From the NCBI GenBank assembly GCA_029856105.1, contig JAHQWH010000119.1, forward strand, positions 1-31,429: DNA of 31,429 nt, written 5' to 3'. The notes below the pieces were generated by a model, which ran no database searches, had not been told where the DNA came from, and worked only from the letters and a program-made list of their open reading frames with translations. Below are positions 26,614 to 31,429 of the stretch, piece after piece (the stretch's first letter is position 1; each line of letters opens with the position of its first letter). This stretch comes from Promethearchaeia archaeon. Its GTDB lineage: Archaea > Asgardarchaeota > Lokiarchaeia > Sigyniarchaeales > SOKP01. A program made the position numbers and the translations under genes.

Positions 26614-27396
26614 TTAGTCTCTAAAACCATAATAAACATTGATAAGAAGTAATAAAGCTTCCCTCAGTGAAATTGTAAATAATGCTAAAATCTGGAAAGT
26701 ATAGTCTGAAGTGAATGTAAAAAGCAATAAGGAAGTGATAGTAGTTGCTAAGGTTAATACTGAAAGAAAATTCCTACTTTTTTGTTTCAACAAGGTTGGT
26801 TCTTGGTCAATGAGTTTTTCAATTATTTCGTATTTTGAAAGATTTTGATAATTCTCTATTTCTTCTATTTGTTCTTTGAGCCGCTTTTTCTCTCTGGAAA
26901 CGCTAATGTTTCTAAAAAAAACACCTACTATATACGAACTGATTATTATTAAAATATCAAGCAATGTATTGGTTGATTCAAAGCTAACATTAGGACCAAA
27001 ATGATTGATGACGATAATTGCTGATAATATAGCTACTAATGAGATCCTAACCGTAAATTTCGGTAAATATAGGGGGTGTTTGGGGGGTTCTTCTTCTTTA
27101 TCAAGTCATTCTGGGTTTTTTACGTATTTAACAATACGCTTCAATTTTTCTTTTCCACTTTTTCTTGTCTGAAAATAAAAAGCCATTAAAATAAAAATCG
27201 CGTTTGTTATCATACCTGGAATTTATTGACTCAAAAACAAATAATTGAAAGGAATAGTGACAATTAGTAAGGTATTTAGAGCTCTGATTGTTCCTCGTGG
27301 CATGCCAAGAGGTTCTCCTTTAATCTTGCCCTCTTTACCACATCGTTTTATAATCACCCAAGTAATTAAGATTATGCCTAAAATCCATGTAATCAT
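26614..27396 (-). pseudogene. Membrane-protein gene interrupted by two in-frame stops
   Basis: One frame runs from ATG 27396 to the stop at 26614, with TAA at 27225-27223 and TGA at 27108-27106. It has internally repeated motifs PLGMPRGTIRA and PLYLPKFTVRI. The track ORF 26614..26964 is only the 3' part. Confidence 0.85.
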
Positions 27397-27542
27397 AATA
27401 AGAATAAATAATTTCTATTGAATATAATTCTATTTTTTTTTAGAGAATACTAAATAGGTATTTAAATTTGGTAATGATTATCTTCAATATAAACAAAGGG
27501 TTAGATGTTAATTAGGCCGGTATAAAAACAAAAAGGAGGAAT

Positions 27543-28082
27543 ATGAAAATGGAAGGAACTTCTCAATATAAAAAAGAAAGAAAGAATATATTATTAAATA
27601 TTTGGATGATCCTACATGTTCCTATAATTTTTGGGATTCTTATTGGATTTTTTTATCTACCTGTAATCCCTCAGCCTAAGATTCCAGATATGGGACTATT
27701 AAATATATTTAATTTATTTCTATTTGTGCTTGGAGTCATTATCATAATTCATTCAGCAACGATATTATTAAAAAATGCTAAATTCTCACATCCTTCTGAG
27801 CTAAAAATTGATCCAACACCTCAAAATCTTGTTACAACGGGTTTATATAAAAATATTAGACACCCTATATACTCAGGATGTATCCTTATCTATTTGAGTT
27901 ATTGTCTGCTTTTCAGAGCGCTTTTTTGTTTTTTGATTTTAAATCCCCTCTTTGGTATATTTTTATATCTCAAATCGCGGCAAGAAGAAAAGGATTTAGA
28001 AAAGGTCTTTGGCAGAATTTATACAGAATACCAAAAAAAGACAAGTATGTTTTTCCCAAAAATCAAAAAAAAGGTTGAATAA
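27543..28082 (+). CDS. Isoprenylcysteine carboxyl methyltransferase / PEMT family membrane methyltransferase
   Basis: LVTTGLYKNIRHPIYSG and EEKDL...FG..Y.EY.K.T..FFP; AAGGAGG upstream. Confidence 0.93.
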   Translation: MKMEGTSQYKKERKNILLNIWMILHVPIIFGILIGFFYLPVIPQPKIPDMGLLNIFNLFLFVLGVIIIIHSATILLKNAKFSHPSELKIDPTPQNLVTTGLYKNIRHPIYSGCILIYLSYCLLFRALFCFLILNPLFGIFLYLKSRQEEKDLEKVFGRIYTEYQKKTSMFFPKIKKKVE

Positions 28083-28458
28083 AATAAAATATGAAAACAG
28101 AAGAAAATTTTTAAAACAAAAAAAAGGGTTCTCGTTTTATTATTGTTTGATTTTTTAATGATTAAATAAATTGAAATTAATTAGTTGATTTTAATATCTA
28201 GAAAATTAAGTAAGATAGGAATCTTTATCTGTAATAATAGGAATAATACTTTCTAATTCATTAGGTTTTTCTAATCGGGTATACTTACAATTTTTTTTTA
28301 TCAATTTCAATAACTATAAGTATTATTCTTGTGGATATTATTATATCTATAGAAGAAATTGAGGATAATTTAATTCTTGCTTTACTCAGTGTTGTTGTAA
28401 TTATTTAATTATTATTTTCTAATAATTCGATTTTCTAAACGATTAAAGGCTTACAATA

Positions 28459-29547
28459 ATGGATTTTAAAGAAAAAAAAGAGGAAAAAAGCAATTTATAT
28501 ATTTTTATTCCCCTAACAGTAATTCTTCTTTTTTTCATTATTCTTTTTATTTCAAGTACTCTATCCGAAAGATTATTTTTAATAATTTTAGCAATCCTCA
28601 TACTGATAACTTTGGCTATATTAGTAAAACAAGATTATGATTCTATAAAAAAGAATGAGTCTTTATATATTTTTGGACCTTTAGATAAAGAAGAGAGGAT
28701 TGAACGTATTACTAATCAACTTCCCTTATCAAAAGAAAAAGTAAAGAAGTGGTTAAACAATTTTAAAATGAGTGAACAAGAATTTGCTTTAAGATTACTT
28801 GAGCACTTTCGATATATAGATAAAAATGATTTAAGATCAATGTGTAAGGAATTATATGTTAATTTATTAGAGGAAATCATTATAAAATGGAATGATAAAA
28901 ATCTAAAACCTAATGAAATTATTTTCATAAGTATTGGAGGGGTTGCTAAAAGCGGAGAAATGCTGAGATATCACTTTAGATTAGCTAATACCATTCCATT
29001 AAATCAATTTATAGATTTATTTGATCCAAACATAAATTCTCCTGTAAATAAGTATATAGTATATATCGATGATCTTTCTGGTTCTGGTAAACAGTTTCTT
29101 ACTGATATCGAAGCTTTTAAAAAAAAAATTAAAAAACGATTTCAGAAGCATTATAAAAGCTTTTTCACTCTAAACAAGTTCATTTTCCTACCTCTTTTCA
29201 TTACCAAAGATGCATTACAATTGATTGAACAGGAACCTCTTTTTAACTGCGTTTATTTACCAAATCATTTATTAGTAGAAAAAGATATAGCTTTATCATT
29301 AGAAGCGGGAATTTTTCGAGAAAATGAGATAGAACAAGCAAAGAAATTATTTAAAGATTATGGAGAGCAGCTGTATCGAATAGGTCCTTTAGGATTTGGA
29401 GGAACGGGATTATTGATCGCATTTTCATATAATACTCCAAATAATACCCTCCCAGTAATTTGGCAAAAATGCCCTTCACATGATTGTTCTTCAAATATAC
29501 ATTGGGAACCAATTTTTCCCAGATTTGAGAGTAGAAAGAAAAATTAA
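28459..29547 (+). CDS. Phosphoribosyltransferase-like (PRTase-CE type) protein with two N-terminal TM helices
   Basis: WLNNF...E...AL.LL..F.Y, KSG, PRPP loop IVYIDDLSGSG, LGFG..GLLIAF.YNTPNNTLPVIW, W.PIFPR. Confidence 0.8.
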   Translation: MDFKEKKEEKSNLYIFIPLTVILLFFIILFISSTLSERLFLIILAILILITLAILVKQDYDSIKKNESLYIFGPLDKEERIERITNQLPLSKEKVKKWLNNFKMSEQEFALRLLEHFRYIDKNDLRSMCKELYVNLLEEIIIKWNDKNLKPNEIIFISIGGVAKSGEMLRYHFRLANTIPLNQFIDLFDPNINSPVNKYIVYIDDLSGSGKQFLTDIEAFKKKIKKRFQKHYKSFFTLNKFIFLPLFITKDALQLIEQEPLFNCVYLPNHLLVEKDIALSLEAGIFRENEIEQAKKLFKDYGEQLYRIGPLGFGGTGLLIAFSYNTPNNTLPVIWQKCPSHDCSSNIHWEPIFPRFESRKKN

Positions 29548-29640
29548 TTTACTTTTTTTTGAATTTTAAATTAGATTATCAATTGAGTAACTCTTAAAAT
29601 TTAACTATTAGAAAGGGTCTACTGCTTATTTTCTAAAATC

Positions 29641-29654
29641 AAAAGATTTAAATA
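29641..29654 (+). promoter_or_regulatory. BRE/TATA candidate for grpE-dnaK
   Basis: Purine-rich AAAAGA directly followed by TTTAAATA, about 70 nt upstream of the grpE ATGs. The AT-rich background limits certainty. Confidence 0.35.
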
Positions 29655-29720
29655 TCTTGATTTACATTACTAAATTAACATCAATAGATTGTTGTCAACC
29701 AAAGGTTGCGTAAAAAAAAG

Positions 29721-30404
29721 ATGAGAAATATGGTATTTGAAGATTATTACGATGAAGCGTTTAACGCTCGAAGGTCGTTAGAGGACCCTTACCGAAAGGT
29801 AACGATTTCAAAAGAGAAGTATAAAAATCTTATGGAGATCGCAGAAAAATACGAAATGTTACTAAGAAAATTTGATCAAGTTGATGCGAAAAAAACGGAG
29901 TTACATAAGCAGCTTGAAACCTTAAAAGAAGATGGAAGGCAATTAAAAGATTTAGAAGAAAAAACTGAGAAATATTTAAATTCATTGGTACGAGTTCAAG
30001 CAGATTTTGAGAATTATAAAAAGGCAAATTATCGAGAGAGCGAACGGTACAAGCTTCGAGTAAAAGAGGAAATGTTGAGAAAGTTAATTAAACACTACGA
30101 AGATTTACATAGGGCGCTGAATGTATTGGATTCGTTAAAAAAGGGAGAATTAGTAAAAAAAGGTTTTAAAATGATTGTTGAGAATTTTGAAAATTTTTTA
30201 GAAAATGAGGGGGTTAAGCCTATGCATTCAGAGGGCGAGAAATTTGACCCTTATAAACACGAATGTCTACTAGTGGAAGAGAACGAAGTTCTCCCTGAAA
30301 ATACTATTTTAGAAGAGATAGATAAAGGTTATTATTTAAATAACAAGGTATTGAAACCCGCTGGGGTTAAAATATCAAAATCAAAATCAAAATTAAAAAA
30401 TTAA
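29721..30404 (+). CDS. grpE: Nucleotide exchange factor GrpE
   Basis: [39 protein letters not shown]; directly upstream of dnaK. Start is ATG 29721 or 29730. Confidence 0.95.
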   Translation: MRNMVFEDYYDEAFNARRSLEDPYRKVTISKEKYKNLMEIAEKYEMLLRKFDQVDAKKTELHKQLETLKEDGRQLKDLEEKTEKYLNSLVRVQADFENYKKANYRESERYKLRVKEEMLRKLIKHYEDLHRALNVLDSLKKGELVKKGFKMIVENFENFLENEGVKPMHSEGEKFDPYKHECLLVEENEVLPENTILEEIDKGYYLNNKVLKPAGVKISKSKSKLKN

Positions 30405-30438
30405 AAAAAAAAAATTAAAAAAAAGATGTGAAAAAAAG

Positions 30439-31429
30439 ATGGCAAAAATAATTGGTATAGATTTAGGAACTTCCAATTCAGCTGCCGCCGTATTAATTGG
30501 TGGTAAGCCAACAATTATTCCTAGTGCAGAAGGCAACACATTAGGGGGAAAGGCTTTTCCTTCGGTGGTTGCATTTACGAAGGACGATCAAAGACTAGTA
30601 GGAGAACCAGCGAGAAGACAGGCAATTTCAAATCCAGATCGCACGATTACTGCGATAAAACGAAAAATGGGAACTTCTTTCAAGGTGAACATCGACGGTA
30701 AAGATTATAAGCCACAGGAAATTTCGGCAATGATCTTGAGAAAAATCAAGGAAGACGCGAGCGCTTACTTAGGAGAGGAAGTAACAGAAGTTATCATTAC
30801 GGTACCAGCGTATTTTAACGATAATCAAAGACAAGCTACGAAAGATGCGGGAAAGATCGCGGGGTTGAACGTAAAACGTTTAATTAACGAACCTACTGCT
30901 GCAGCCATAGCATATGGATTAGACAAGAAAGATGCTAGTTTAAAAATTGCGGTATTAGATCTTGGTGGTGGTACATTTGATGTTACGGTAATGGAAATGG
31001 ATAATCAAGTTTTTGAGGTAATCTCAACAGCGGGAGATACTCAATTAGGAGGTACGGATATGGATAAAATTCTTGTGAATTATTTCATAGAAGAATTTAG
31101 GAAGAATGAGGGAGTCGATTTAAAGAATGATTCCATGGCAATGCAGAGAGTAAAAGAAGCTGTTGAAAAAGCTAAAATTGAATTGTCAACTTCAATTTCG
31201 ACAGATATTAATTTACCATACGTTACAGCAACTGATTCTGGCCCAAAACACCTTACTATGAATATTACAAGAGCTAAATTAGAACAGTTGATAGAACCTA
31301 TTTTAAAGAGATTAGAAGCTCCAATAATTAAAGCCTTAAAAGACGCAGAGTTGAGTAAAGGGAAAGTTGACAAAGTTATCTTAGTTGGCGGACCAACAAG
31401 AATGCCTAGCGTTCAGAAGATATTCGAAG
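30439..31429 (+). CDS. dnaK: Chaperone DnaK (Hsp70), truncated by the window end
   Basis: ATG 30439: [14 protein letters not shown]...[23 protein letters not shown]...[17 protein letters not shown]...GDTQLGG.D.D...LVGGPTRMP. The frame stays open to the end of the window. Confidence 0.98.
   Translation, partial: MAKIIGIDLGTSNSAAAVLIGGKPTIIPSAEGNTLGGKAFPSVVAFTKDDQRLVGEPARRQAISNPDRTITAIKRKMGTSFKVNIDGKDYKPQEISAMILRKIKEDASAYLGEEVTEVIITVPAYFNDNQRQATKDAGKIAGLNVKRLINEPTAAAIAYGLDKKDASLKIAVLDLGGGTFDVTVMEMDNQVFEVISTAGDTQLGGTDMDKILVNYFIEEFRKNEGVDLKNDSMAMQRVKEAVEKAKIELSTSISTDINLPYVTATDSGPKHLTMNITRAKLEQLIEPILKRLEAPIIKALKDAELSKGKVDKVILVGGPTRMPSVQKIFE

Noticed and set aside
27106-27108. In-frame TGA as a possible selenocysteine codon or genetic-code reassignment
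   Set aside because: It lies in a charged linker with no redox motif, the same frame also has a TAA, and TGA acts as a normal stop elsewhere (e.g. 16526-16528).
29548-29720. CIRCE or other heat-shock operator upstream of grpE
   Set aside because: No TTAGCACTC-N9-GAGTGCTAA; only short imperfect inverted repeats expected by chance.
30378-30441. A-rich quasi-repeats between grpE and dnaK
   Set aside because: Low-complexity poly-A sequence typical of this genome's intergenic DNA; no spacer structure, so not a CRISPR array.
377-31373. Short ORFs overlapping larger genes (377, 1887, 2386, 2969, 5698, 6104, 7608, 8465, 10864, 14270, 14994, 16914, 17202, 24144, 25211, 25492, 27878, 28716, 29830, 31080)
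   Set aside because: All lie antisense or out of frame within well-supported genes and show no recognisable motifs; 31080..31373 is the antisense shadow of dnaK.

Overview
AT-rich archaeal chromosomal window. It is most consistent with an Asgard (Lokiarchaeia-like) genome; this is an inference from archaeal RFC genes, GGTGA-type ribosome-binding sites, oligo-T terminators and the gene mix. I saw no rRNA, tRNA, CRISPR array, transposase or integrase. Left part (1-14.7 kb): a UPF0182-family membrane protein with an extra N-terminal Zn-finger-like motif and a sequon-rich C-terminal extension. It is divergent from a small winged-helix protein and a 1497-aa all-helical repeat protein. Then come a CdrS-like ribbon-helix-helix regulator, a possible PC4-like protein, a 4xCxxC protein, and a GNAT gene closely linked to three clamp-loader genes (canonical RfcS, catalytically degenerate RfcS2, atypical RfcL). 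Middle and right part: ECF S component, crotonase-family enzyme, PepT, MFS transporter, membrane alpha/beta-hydrolase, leucine-zipper/wHTH protein, tocopherol-cyclase-like, SCP2-like, MBL hydrolase, Fe-S aldo/keto reductase, ICMT-like methyltransferase, a membrane-anchored PRTase-like protein, grpE and a truncated dnaK. Reading the DNA directly adds a 54-aa Zn-ribbon gene, an FAD-oxidoreductase 3' remnant and a membrane-protein pseudogene with two in-frame stops, none fully shown in the ORF track. The most striking unexplained signal is in the giant repeat protein: all nine Trp residues fall at the same repeat position, and their spacing shrinks steadily (134,130,126,122,121,119,116,116 aa).
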